DNA of 63,791 bases, counting the filler, from Octopus bimaculoides (taxonomy: Eukaryota), in assembly GCF_001194135.2 (NCBI RefSeq). It is 6 parts of 5 records of this genome, joined end to end, with 100 filler letters (N's around TTAATTAATTAA, not from the genome) between each part and the next. Parts side by side here need not be neighbours in the genome. Positions count along the whole stretch, not along the records: positions 41,837 to 61,223 come from NC_068983.1; positions 61,324 to 63,791 come from NC_068998.1; 4 more parts are not named here. One strand, given 5' to 3'. The position numbers and the translations under genes are program-made. The notes below the pieces were generated by a model, which saw nothing but the letters and a program-made list of their open reading frames with translations, had not been told where the DNA came from and made no database searches. Positions 52,388 through 63,791 of the stretch are shown here, piece after piece. Numbering within the stretch: position 1 is the stretch's first letter; every line of letters starts with the position of its first letter.

Positions 52388-52753
52388 CTGAGTGAAAGAG
52401 ATAAATAGAGACTGAAGTTGAGGGAGATAGATAGACTAAATTATCAGAAACATAAAGACAGAAAAAGCGATGAGAGAAAAAGACAATGTGTGGGAGAAAT
52501 TTCGGAAAGTTTTCCGAATTTAAAAGCACAGGAGTTGAAATATATACATGAAACGTTACCTACAAGTATATAATGTGTGAGAGCTTATTTATGCGCACAC
52601 ATGTATAAATAGGCACCAATGGTAACAAAAATACATACATATGTCCATAAATACACATAGCGATCATGTTCTTACACACCTATATACATGTTTCCGTAAA
52701 CGTGTACATACACACATACAACTTAAACACTTATACACGAGCAGACACATTTA

Positions 52754-52797
<44 letters not shown>

Positions 52798-52969
52798 AAA
52801 TCTAGTAATCCAAATGTAGGAAGTTTGTAAGCATCAAACATTCCATGGCTTGTAAACTCGGCCTGATGAATAGCTTACCGGAATATCCCTTGTTGGTTAA
52901 CATCAAAAGATCAGGAAGCTCTGCTGAACGACATGGATCCCAGATTTTACCCATTTAGCGGTCTCAATT

Positions 52970-53180
52970 TGTGCATAGGCATTCGGCATGGTAGATCGCT
53001 AGCCACTACACATTCTTTATTTTCGCTCCTTGTTTTTTTCAGTGTTCCTTTCTGTGGAAGGGCGTAGGGTCGAAACGTTAATGACACTGTCACTTCCCGA
53101 GCGTTAAACTAGTACACCTGTTTGTTGTCTGCACCACCAGTATTCGTCTTTTGTCTTTTTTCTTCTGAATTCACCTTATA
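52970..53180 (+). mobile_element. Penelope-like pseudo-LTR remnant
   Basis: Contains a minimal hammerhead variant followed by a T-rich tail and (TA)n. Confidence 0.5.
53047..53084 (+). ncRNA. Minimal hammerhead ribozyme variant (decayed)
   Basis: CUUU CUGUGGA A GGGC GUAG GGUC GAA ACGU U AAUG: A6 is U, the ACGU palindrome replaces helix III, and helices I and II each have one mismatch. Confidence 0.5.
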
Positions 53181-54546
53181 TATANNNNNNNNNNNNNNNN
53201 NNNNNNNNNNNNNNNNNNNNNNNNNNNNNNNNNNNNNNNNNNNNNNNNNNNNNNNNNNNNNNNNNNNNNNNNNNNNNNNNNNNNNNNNNNNNNNNNNNNN
53301 NNNNNNNNNNNNNNNNNNNNNNNNNNNNNNNNNNNNNNNNNNNNNNNNNNGACCTGTCGAGTTAGCCAGAATTGCTGAAGTAACATAGCGAAAGTAAAAA
53401 AAAGGAAAACATCCCGCATACCACGGAAGTGGAGACACTTTCCGATGTATCACAAATCGAAGGTCATGCTTTTGCAATTGAAGAACAGGTGGCAACATTC
53501 AAACTCAAGTGGTATGATTTTAACATATATTATCTATAAGGAAAATTTCTCTTCCGAGACAATTTCCGTACAAAAAGTGTTTCTACGTTTGTTTGAACAT
53601 GAACGTGTGGTACAATTGTGTAGCACTATTTTTCATTTAACACTGCTTAATTCTCTCTACTCTGTCCATGTGTATCTGTGTGCGCGCATGCGTATGCCCA
53701 TGTCATTTATTTCTTAAAATTCGCAACTGTATTTTGTACTTGGTCACAAATCAAGTTTGTATGTTTCTTTTAGTTCTTCAGTTGACTTGGCCTGGTTGTG
53801 CTAAGTTTGTAAACATGCCATGATATATGCTTTTACATATGTATGCGAAAGGTTGTATCTATCTGTGTATATACTTATATATATATATATATATATATAT
53901 NNNNNNNNNNNNNNNNNNNNNNNNNNNNNNNNNNNNNNNNNNNNNNNNNNNNNNNNNNNNNNNNNNNNNNNNNNNNNNNNNNNNNNNNNNNNNNNNNNNN
54001 NNNNNNNNNNNNNNNNNNNNNNNNNNNNNNNNNNNNNNNNNNNNNNNNNNNNNNNNNNNNNNNNNNNNNNNNNNNNNNNNNNNNNNNNNNNNNNNNNNNN
54101 NNNNNNNNNNNNNNNNNNNNNNNNNNNNNNNNNNNNNNNNNNNNNNNNNNNNNNNNNNNNNNNNNNNNNNNNNNNNNNNNNNNNNNNNNNNNNNNNNNNN
54201 NNNNNNNNNNNNNNNNNNNNNNNNNNNNNNNNNNNNNNNNNNNNNNNNNNNNNNNNNNNNNNNNNNNNNNNNNNNNNNNNNNNNNNNNNNNNNNNNNNNN
54301 NNNNNNNNNNNNNNNNNNNNNNNNNNNNNNNNNNNNNNNNNNNNNNNNNNNNNNNNNNNNNNNNNNNNNNNNNNNNNNNNNNNNNNNNNNNNNNNNNNNN
54401 NNNNNNNNNNNNNNNNNNNNNNNNNNNNNNNNNNNNNNNNNNNNNNNNNNNNNNNNNNNNNNNNNNNNNNNNNNNNNNNNNNNNNNNNNNNNNNNNNNNN
54501 NNNNNNNNNNNNNNNNNNNNNNNNNNNNNNNNNNNNNNNNNNNNNN

Positions 54547-54582
<36 letters not shown>

Positions 54583-56314
54583 TGGGTGTGGGTGGGTGTG
54601 TATGTGTGCGTGTGTGTGTATACGTCTCTGTGTATCTGTGACAGAGAAAACCGAGCATGATCCTGACAAGATAAATGATGGAAGCCAGTGCTTTAAGCCG
54701 TCGGTTACACCTTCTGACAGTAATTATTTTCTAATATATAGAGTGAATTACAAATTCGAATGTGTTTACTGCTTTGACATTGGGCATATCACAATGCAAT
54801 CACTTATCGAACTCCAGCCAACCAGTTTTCCACAGTCTGTTTAATTGAGCATATCGAACACCTATTTATAACTTTTGTGATTTTCTTTTCCTTTCCACAT
54901 GCAGCACCTATATCTTTCTGTTAACTTTCGATTTGAAACTTACTCTCAGTGTTACGAAAGAAAAGAACCTACTTAGTACAACCGGGAAATGATACATTAA
55001 ATATCAGTCATATATCGTGGTACGTAATTTATTATACCCCTGTGTTGAGACAAAAAAGAATGATCTTGTTCCTCAGTCATGAATGAACTTTATTAGAAGG
55101 ACTGACAGAAACATGCATATGGCATATGATGAAGATCCGTAGACACATTTGAATTATATCGTTATGTAGGTGAAATATTTTAATTATTTTCATTCACGGA
55201 CAATCTAATTAAGGACATTTATCCTTAAATGTGTGTTCTAGTTTAAATGACAGAAATTATTGTTATACATCAGCAAAATTTTGTTTGATCTTTTGAAAAT
55301 TCCATAATATTGAACACCTATTTAAATCTACATATAGATGGAATACATATCCACCGTCTACTATTTTGAAAAACGGAATGAATGAGATTGGATCTGAATA
55401 TGATTATCAGAATATCTAACTATTTAGAAATGTTTAACAATGTATCATTCTTGAGTGTAAAAACTAAAATTCCGGTAATGTGATTTTCGTTTTTGTATTT
55501 GACTTCATAAATTAATAAACACCCTTCCCAGAATAAAAAAAATAACAACTCAAATAGATGGAAGTGTGTTTAGATGGTGATGGTGATGCATTTCCTGCAA
55601 GAAACCAATACTTTCATTGCAAGAGAGAGATTTCTTCATGATACAATAGCACGAGCACCTAGATTTTTCTTGTTTTGTGTTTTGTAATTTCTAAGCAACT
55701 CTATTGTAATTATTTGTAATATCGATTTTACTTTCCTTTCTTCTTTTCGGTACAAAACTAATTTAATAAAGGAACTGGCTATTGTCGATTTGTTGGCTCT
55801 TCTTACAAATGCTAGATCTTGTATTATCGGCCTACATCAGCTAATAATGTGACCCCATTTATATTTCAAAGCTGAACTATATGGGATCAACGCAACGATT
55901 TGAAAATGTTTTTACTCTCGATCATTCTTGACTGTCCTACATTTTTGTCTGATATTGAATGATTCCAACATCATTTTTCGAGAAATATTTATCACACGCA
56001 TAGATTTTAAAATTTCACATTAAATAAGTATCTAAATTTATATTTAGTTTTGTTAGTATTTACATTTTTTCCCATCCACTGTAGATATGACGTTATATCG
56101 AATAACTGAAGGGTTAAATAGTCACAAGTCACATGAACTTATATGTTATCGTCATTTTCTTTAGAATTCATAAGAAAAGAATGTGGAATGCAGCAAGATC
56201 AAATTTCTGAACAATGCATTAAACTGTGTTCTTCAATGTTGCAGCGAAGTTTACTCTCAACAAACACATAACGAGTTTCAGTTTTCTGGTTAGATTCTAA
56301 CGTTTATATATATA

Positions 56315-56405
56315 CTAGCAGAAATACCCGGCGTTGCCCGGGTTAAAGAGAATAATGAAATCTAAAAACGCCGTCTAGACTACGCATCATCTTTATATAT
56401 AGAGA
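56315..56405 (-). mobile_element. Complete 91-bp non-autonomous Helitron
   Basis: Minus strand A|TCTCTATATATAAAG ... CCCGG-GCAACG-CCGGG-TATTTCTG-CTAG|T: 5' TC, subterminal GC hairpin, 3' CTAG, inserted between A and T, no TSD. Confidence 0.88.
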
Positions 56406-57687
56406 TGTATATACACACACGCACCCAAACACACGTATATATATGTATATCAATATAAATATATGAAAGTCAATGAAGTTTCGTAAAAGAAGGTGATCAT
56501 GTACATACTTTCTTGCTGTTGTGATTATAACACCTCATTGTAAACTATGTTCCTTGTTTTCCCTTGTGGAGCACATCCAGAAAGAATGGTAGCCTCGATA
56601 ACGTGTGACATCATTTTCTAAATAATGCTCATCTGTTATGTTCAGGTTAAAATTTCATCAACANNNNNNNNNNNNNNNNNNNNNNNNNNNNNNNNNNNNN
56701 NNNNNNNNNNNNNNNNNNNNNNNNNNNNNNNNNNNNNNNNNNNNNNNNNNNNNNNNNNNNNNNNNNNNNNNNNNNNNNNNNNNNNNNNNNNNNNNNNNNN
56801 NNNNNNNNNNNNNNNNNNNNNNNNNNNNNNNNNNNNNNNNNNNNNNNNNNNNNNNNNNNNNNNNNNNNNNNNNNNNNNNNNNNNNNNNNNNNNNNNNNNN
56901 NNNNNNNNNNNNNNNNNNNNNNNNNNNNNNNNNNNNNNNNNNNNNNNNNNNNNNNNNNNNNNNNNNNNNNNNNNNNNNNNNNNNNNNNNNNNNNNNNNNN
57001 NNNNNNNNNNNNNNNNNNNNNNNNNNNNNNNNNNNNNNNNNNNNNNNNNNNNNNNNNNNNNNNNNNNNNNNNNNNNNNNNNNNNNNNNNNNNNNNNNNNN
57101 NNNNNNNNNNNNNNNNNNNNNNNNNNNNNNNNNNNNNNNNNNNNNNNNNNNNNNNNNNNNNNNNNNNNNNNNNNNNNNNNNNNNNNNNNNNNNNNNNNNN
57201 NNNNNNNNNNNNNNNNNNNNNNNNNNNNNNNNNNNNNNNNNNNNNNNNNNNNNNNNNNNNNNNNNNNNNNNNNNNNNNNNNNNNNNNNNNNNNNNNNNNN
57301 NNNNNNNNNNNNNNNNNNNNNNNNNNNNNNNNNNNNNNNNNNNNNNNNNNNNNNNNNNNNNNNNNNNNNNNNNNNNNNNNNNNNNNNNNNNNNNNNNNNN
57401 NNNNNNNNNNNNNNNNNNNNNNNNNNNNNNNNNNNNNNNNNNNNNNNNNNNNNNNNNNNNNNNNNNNNNNNNNNNNNNNNNNNNNNNNNNNNNNNNNNNN
57501 NNNNNNNNNNNNNNNNNNNNNNTATATATATATAAAGAGAGAGAGAGTGAGAGAGACTCAATTATTGTAACTTATTCAGGTAAGTCCATAGGCCTGTCTT
57601 CTAGAACAAAGATATCTACGCATCTACTTGATGAATTTTCATAAAAGAAATAGAAGCTAAATAGCAATACAATCATCATAAGAGAAT

Positions 57688-57855
57688 TGATTTCCAATTT
57701 TGAGACAAGGCCAGCCTTTTCAGGAGAGGGAAAGTCGATTACACTGACCCAGAAAAGATGAAAGTCAAAGTCAACCTGTGCAGTGTTTGAACTATGAACG
57801 TAAAAATGCCGCTACGCAAATTATCAGGTATGTTAAAGATTCTGCTATATCACTG
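57688..57855 (-). mobile_element. SINE-B, degenerate
   Basis: Core GATGAAAGTCAAAGTCAACC; tail GAGACAAGGCCAGC. Confidence 0.7.
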
Positions 57856-58477
57856 CATTATTCAGCCTAACAATGTTAGAAAACAACGGTGAGCACGTTA
57901 CTCAATGTATTCCTAAATATGCAACGTAAAGTTAGAGATAAAGCGAGGCGGCTTTGGTCGGAATTCTCTTGATAATAGTCATACATGATCAGTGCTAAAT
58001 ATAAAATTCAAGAACAAAATCAACAAAACAAAAAAATCATATGATGTGATCTCCACATAATCTCTATGAGGTTGTCGCTCTGATAAGCGTGTCAACAAAA
58101 TCTCCCTCAAATCATGCTTTAATATATTATTAGCTGAAGGGTCAAGTTAGTTAATATTATCTATGATTAACAGAGAGACGGGTTGTTCGTGGCCGTACAG
58201 ACTTGGGGCTACCATTCCATTTATAAAACATAACCTAAATGTCTAATCTTATACATTTAAAGGAAAGCTGATGAAAGATAAAACAAGTCAAGAATAAAAC
58301 CCAATAAATAGTTCATGAAAATGTTTCTCAAATTAGAAAATAATTTCTTAGATAGGCATAATGAAAAAAACATGATGGGAGGGCTAAGTCGATAGAAACA
58401 TCAACAATAGTGATTTGGATGTGAATTTATGTAATCGGCCAGATAGGAAATAAAGTCACACAAGCCGGAAGAAATAC

Positions 58478-58680
58478 TGGTTTCAAAATTTGGCACATGG
58501 CAAGGAATTTCGGGGGAGAGGATAAGTCGATTATAAGGGTCCCAGTGTTCAACTGGCTATTTTATTAACCCCGAAAGGATGGAAGGCAATGTCGAACTCA
58601 GTACAATTAGAACTAAGTACATTAAGGCGGCCGACATGCCACTAAGCATTTTTACACGGTGTGCTAACGATTCTTCTAGT
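58478..58680 (-). mobile_element. SINE-B
   Basis: GGTTTCAAAATTTGGCAC...GGATGGAAGGCAATGTCGAAC...GTGCTAACGATTCT. Confidence 0.8.
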
Positions 58681-59175
58681 AGAGGCAGAATAAATAACGC
58701 AAAACATTTTGTTCGATGATTTAACGATTATGCTAGCTCATGTACTTCCTCAGATTAATCTAATAGTTCCGGACTTCGAAGAAATATATCATAGCATGTC
58801 ATAACAAACTACAACAGTAATAACATAAACAGGCAGGAGCAGACTGAAAGAACAAATTGTAGAATAAACAATACAAACACATTGCTTTCTCTTGCCTTGA
58901 CCTCGCACTTAAAGTATATAATCTTAAATCGAATTATCACTAATCCGATTAAACCTAACAATAACTGCTAGACACACTCTGCTGTGATATAAAAGTGGTT
59001 GAATACATATCTTGATGCACTAAATGTATAGACGTTATTTCTAGTCCGCTTCTTCTCTACTTTTTAACTCAACGTTTAATCCCGATTTGGCTGACGAAGT
59101 GAAAATTTTAATAAGTCGTCATTAATTATCATCAGCGCCACTATTGTTACTGCTACTGCTGCTGCTGCTGCTGCA

Positions 59176-59210
<35 letters not shown>

Positions 59211-59649
59211 CGTGGCTGTTGCTGGCGGTCGGTAGAATAATAGGAGTAATTTATTTACAGCAATTTAACTGTTTTTAATATGGTGCCTCCCAATGGTAAC
59301 ACCATCGGTGTAATGTTTGTGGGGTTTTTTTTGTAATTTAAATATACACCATCAATTTTATGAGGTTGATGTTACTCGAAAACTTCGAAAGCCTTTCATC
59401 TAGTACTGACTAGTACATTGATTTTTCTACTCCAGAGAAAATGAACAGTAAGTGATTAGAATTTAGAACGTAAACAATTCCAGGTAGTACCACAATGCAT
59501 TCTGTCAGACACTCTAACGTTTCTGAAAGTTGACCGTCTAAACAAGTAGAACAACTACATTACTATTGTGATGGTTGTTGAATATTCGAAATGTTTACTT
59601 CGCCTGCAGAAACGACTAACCGCACCCCTTTAGACTTATTGGTATTCTG

Positions 59650-59687
<38 letters not shown>

Positions 59688-59730
59688 TTAATAATAATAA
59701 TAATAATAATAATAATTATTATTATTATTA

Positions 59731-59860
59731 TTCCACCGAAGTCGACCTTAACTTTCATCTTTTCGGGATTGGTAAAATAAGTATAGTTGAGTGCTAGGAT
59801 CGATGTAATTGATCCATCACTGCCCTCGAAGTTGTTGGCCTTGTGCCAAAACTTGAAACC
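59731..59860 (+). mobile_element. SINE-B 3' part; the only plus-strand copy found
   Basis: GAAGTCGACCTTAACTTTCATC...GGCCTTGTGCCAAAACTTGAAACC then (TAC)n. Confidence 0.8.
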
Positions 59861-61070
59861 TACTACGACTACTACTACTAGAATTAAGGAAAGCTGATAT
59901 ATAATTTGAAACAATTAAACAAAAATGCCAAAGGATACAGAGTAATTCAATGAATAAAATTTTGTGGGCATATGTTGGTAATTTGCAACCATATGGTCAT
60001 ACACGTGCTCTCACGCACGTTTGTATGTATTTGATTGTGCGTGTATGTATGTGTGCATGTCTCTCTCTATTATATACAAACACTAGTAATATTTCCTTCT
60101 CGACATGTTCAACTCACTGCAGATAGAAACGAAACGACTTCTGAAAGTGCAGTTTTTTAATTTTTTCATTTGTATTATTTTATAAAAAGAAATACACCCA
60201 CACACACAAGGTATTCATTATCTACTTTTTCTTTCACTGTAGATTTTCTTCATTTCTTTTAAAGAGAAAATGCACGGCCCGTACACGAACACACACGCGC
60301 AAACATATATATATATATATATATATGCTAATGAGGCTGTGACGAGGAAAGAGCAATATGAACTATAGATAAAAAAGAATTGGAACAAAATGTTTAACCT
60401 ATATAAACATGTAATCTTTGACAGAAGTTTTGAGCTGTGTAACATGAGAAATGTGTGGAGATCCGATGAGGTTGCAACAGAAAAGGCCGGTTTTGTCACA
60501 TTGTCTCTAAATTAAGTAATTGTCTGACGAATACATACGGATAAAAACGCTCATTCAATGCTTACGAAACTCCATTTAGCAATGAAAGGGAAGACCCTTG
60601 TTCGAACATGAAGAGGGATGAAGTTAATTTAACTTCGTTCTATTATATATATTTTACCTTCTTAAGATTGAACAGTTTAATGTAAGCTCTGCAACTAAGA
60701 TTTAGATCTTAAGTAAACAGTGATTATACATAATGGTGCTCTAAATCTCATATATTCTAACGTAAAGATTGGCAAGCTGCTAACAACAATCTTCATTAAT
60801 CTGATTTTTCAACCAATTTCCAACAGAATATCTATCGTCTCCATGACGTTCACCAAAAATACCCTTCTGGTACTTCCATATATTGTATCTCTACCAAAAC
60901 AATTTTTAACACTTCCTTTGTATTGTGTCGAAAAAACCAACAATTCTACAATATGACGAATCACGCTCACCAACACTTTATCAGCTTTGTCACGTCATGC
61001 GATGTGTATCGAAAGATTAACGTAATCAGCAATTTAGTTAACTGTCGTTTTATATATCCACACACACACA

Positions 61071-61138
<68 letters not shown>

Positions 61139-61139
61139 G

Positions 61140-61223
<84 letters not shown>

Positions 61224-61767
61224 NNNNNNNNNNNNNNNNNNNNNNNNNNNNNNNNNNNNNNNNNNNNTTAATTAATTAANNNNNNNNNNNNNNNNNNNNN
61301 NNNNNNNNNNNNNNNNNNNNNNNGGGGTGTGGGACGGACGGGTTCAGCTCCTAAATCTGGTTCCTGTAGCATTAAATGATTGAAAAATAAATGTTCCTTT
61401 TGTATAACATTGTGCTCTATCATAGTTAAACTGTCCGTGTATATATATCTATTACCCGTCACCTAGCAACGGTTTTACAGCGAGATAAGACTGGAGCAAA
61501 CCAGATTAAATTTATTGTATGGAGAAACACTGAAACATCTGCAGCTGCACCAGCAGCAACAGAAGCACCAGTAGTAGTAACAGCAGCAGCAGTAGTATCT
61601 TAAGACTGCATGGATGACTGGGCTCTTTAAAGACGCCAGACCTTGTGTTTGCTAATTAGTCTCGGGGTTATTCCTGAATGAGTGAATTTATGATCAAACG
61701 TACTTGGACCTTGATTGCCTTGCTTTTCTTTCCAGGGATAACTAGGACTTTGGCCTTCCTTTAAGAC

Positions 61768-61885
61768 AACATCGGGTGTGATTTGGAGAAAACTAGCTGC
61801 GTAAAAATGCAGGAGAGGTGACTGTGCTGGTTTGAACATGTGAATTGAGGATGAGTTTATTGGTGGAAAATGTGCAATGCACAGG
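61768..61885 (+). mobile_element. Degenerate RTE-like LINE 3' ORF fragment
   Basis: KMQER*LCWFEHV resembles ERRLRWFGHV. Confidence 0.5.
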
Positions 61886-61991
61886 AGTGTCGTCCTAGTT
61901 AAAAGATATCAGTCTGAAACTAGAATAATTAATTCGGCATTTGTTAATTAGAGGATTATTTCAAATACATGAGACATAATTTTTATAATTT

Positions 61992-62155
61992 GGGTGACCG
62001 TGTGGTAAGCAGCTTGCTTACCAACCACAGGGTTCCGGGTTCATTCCCACTGCGTGGCACCTTGGGCAAGTGTCTTCTACTATAGCCTCGGGCCGACCAA
62101 AGCCTTGTGAGTGGATTTCGTAGACGGAAACTGAAAGAAGCCCGTCGTATATATG

Positions 62156-62188
<33 letters not shown>

Positions 62189-62220
62189 ATATGTTTGTGT
62201 CTGTGTTTGTTCCCCAACAT
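61992..62220 (+). mobile_element. SINE-C 5' half
   Basis: Head, CORE-like box and internal microsatellite; truncated after CCCCAACAT. Confidence 0.88.
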
Positions 62221-63367
62221 TCTTCTCCTGGAAAGAATGATAAGCATTTTATATGAACCAAACGTCTCTCAGATCATACACAATCATCACAAGTAAAGAC
62301 AGGATACATTAGCATAAAATAGTCATACTTAGCCTTAAACAAACAGGATGATCATGGCTGGAATGCTTTAGATCATATGTCTGTTTATTTAGGATTTGCT
62401 CAGGGTTATACAAAACAACAACTTTTAAAGGCGCCAACATTCAATGGTAATTATTAAAAATGTAACATTGTTATTCATTGTTAAATGGATTACTTTTGCA
62501 AATGTTTAAAAGCATTCGTCAGCAGAAATATTCTTTCAGATGCTATCTCACATACACATTCATAAGGTTCCTGAAAAAGATAGCTAATGGCTTTTTTGAG
62601 AATAGACAAAATTATTTTTTTTATAAAATTACACATGTATGATAGATATTAGATATGTTTAGAAGCCAAAAGGAAAAAAAATATGTAATGAAATTCAGCA
62701 ATGTNNNNNNNNNNNNNNNNNNNNNNNNNNNNNNNNNNNNNNNNNNNNNNNNNNNNNNNNNNNNNNNNNNNNNNNNNNNNNNNNNNNNNNNNNNNNNNNN
62801 NNNNNNNNNNNNNNNNNNNNNNNNNNNNNNNNNNNNNNNNNNNNNNNNNNNNNNNNNNNNNNNNNNNNNNNNNNNNNNNNNNNNNNNNNNNNNNNNNNNN
62901 NNNNNNNNNNNNNNNNNNNNNNNNNNNNNNNNNNNNNNNNNNNNNNNNNNNNNNNNNNNNNNNNNNNNNNNNNNNNNNNNNNNNNNNNNNNNNNNNNNNN
63001 NNNNNNNNNNNNNNNNNNNNNNNNNNNNNNNNNNNNNNNNNNNNNNNNNNNNNNNNNNNNNNNNNNNNNNNNNNNNNNNNNNNNNNNNNNNNNNNNNNNN
63101 NNNNNNNNNNNNNNNNNNNNNNNNNNNNNNNNNNNNNNNNNNNNNNNNNNNNNNNNNNNNNNNNNNNNNNNNNNNNNNNNNNNNNNNNNNNNNNNNNNNN
63201 NNNNNNNNNNNNNNNNNNNNNNNNNNNNNNNNNNNNNNNNNNNNNNNNNNNNNNNNNNNNNNNNNNNNNNNNNNNNNNNNNNNNNNNNNNNNNNNNNNNN
63301 NNNNNNNNNNNNNNNNNNNNNNNNNNNNNNNNNNNNNNNNNNNNNNNNNNNNNNNNNNNNNNNNNNN

Positions 63368-63422
<55 letters not shown>

Positions 63423-63663
63423 ATGCTTCACATGTCACATCACAGTCAACAACTGATGAAGGGTCATTTTTTCGTGTTGTTTCTCTTGTTTTCCGTTTGT
63501 TTTTCCATTGTTTGCAAAAAAGTTCGTATTCCATGTTGTATTTTGTATTTTATGTTTATTTTATGTTGTTTACTTTTCGTGGTGTTCTGTGCCCATATAT
63601 GCATGTATATACAAATATATGTATGTACATATATATATGTGTGTGTATGCATATATCTTTATA

Positions 63664-63694
<31 letters not shown>

Positions 63695-63695
63695 C

Positions 63696-63758
<63 letters not shown>

Positions 63759-63791
63759 GATCTGTGTATATATATATATATATTATATATA

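Noticed and set aside
53351-53510. Possible internal piece of another non-autonomous element
   Set aside because: No terminus, TSD or second copy in the window to support a call.
2353-63534. Long ORFs in the supplied track (200-340 aa)
   Set aside because: They consist of X from N gaps plus dinucleotide repeats (HTHT, YIYI, CVCV).

Overview
AT-rich, microsatellite-dense, gapped eukaryotic genomic DNA. The SINE families and overall composition point to a coleoid cephalopod, probably Octopus (inference, not verified). No intact protein-coding gene is visible; most listed ORFs are microsatellite or N-gap artefacts, or TE remnants. The window is a TE graveyard. It holds a near full-length but disrupted RTE LINE (4.1-8.3 kb), a degraded APE-RT LINE (24.8-28.2 kb) with a nested MITE, and Tx1/L1, CR1, R4-like and Penelope-like fragments. 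It also holds three Tc1/mariner types (DD37D, DD36E, DD34D), hAT MITEs, Helitron pieces including a complete 91-bp mini-Helitron, and more than 30 copies of four SINE families (my labels A-D). The most interesting signals are: Penelope-associated minimal hammerhead ribozyme motifs (one with an intact core at 10.83-10.89 kb), a DD36E Tc1 transposase, a 188-bp palindrome with an alternative cloverleaf fold, modular tail and domain sharing among SINEs, a strong SINE-B strand bias, and one candidate 31-nt host exon. All assignments come from manual translation and motif reading; boundaries are approximate unless a TSD or terminus is quoted.
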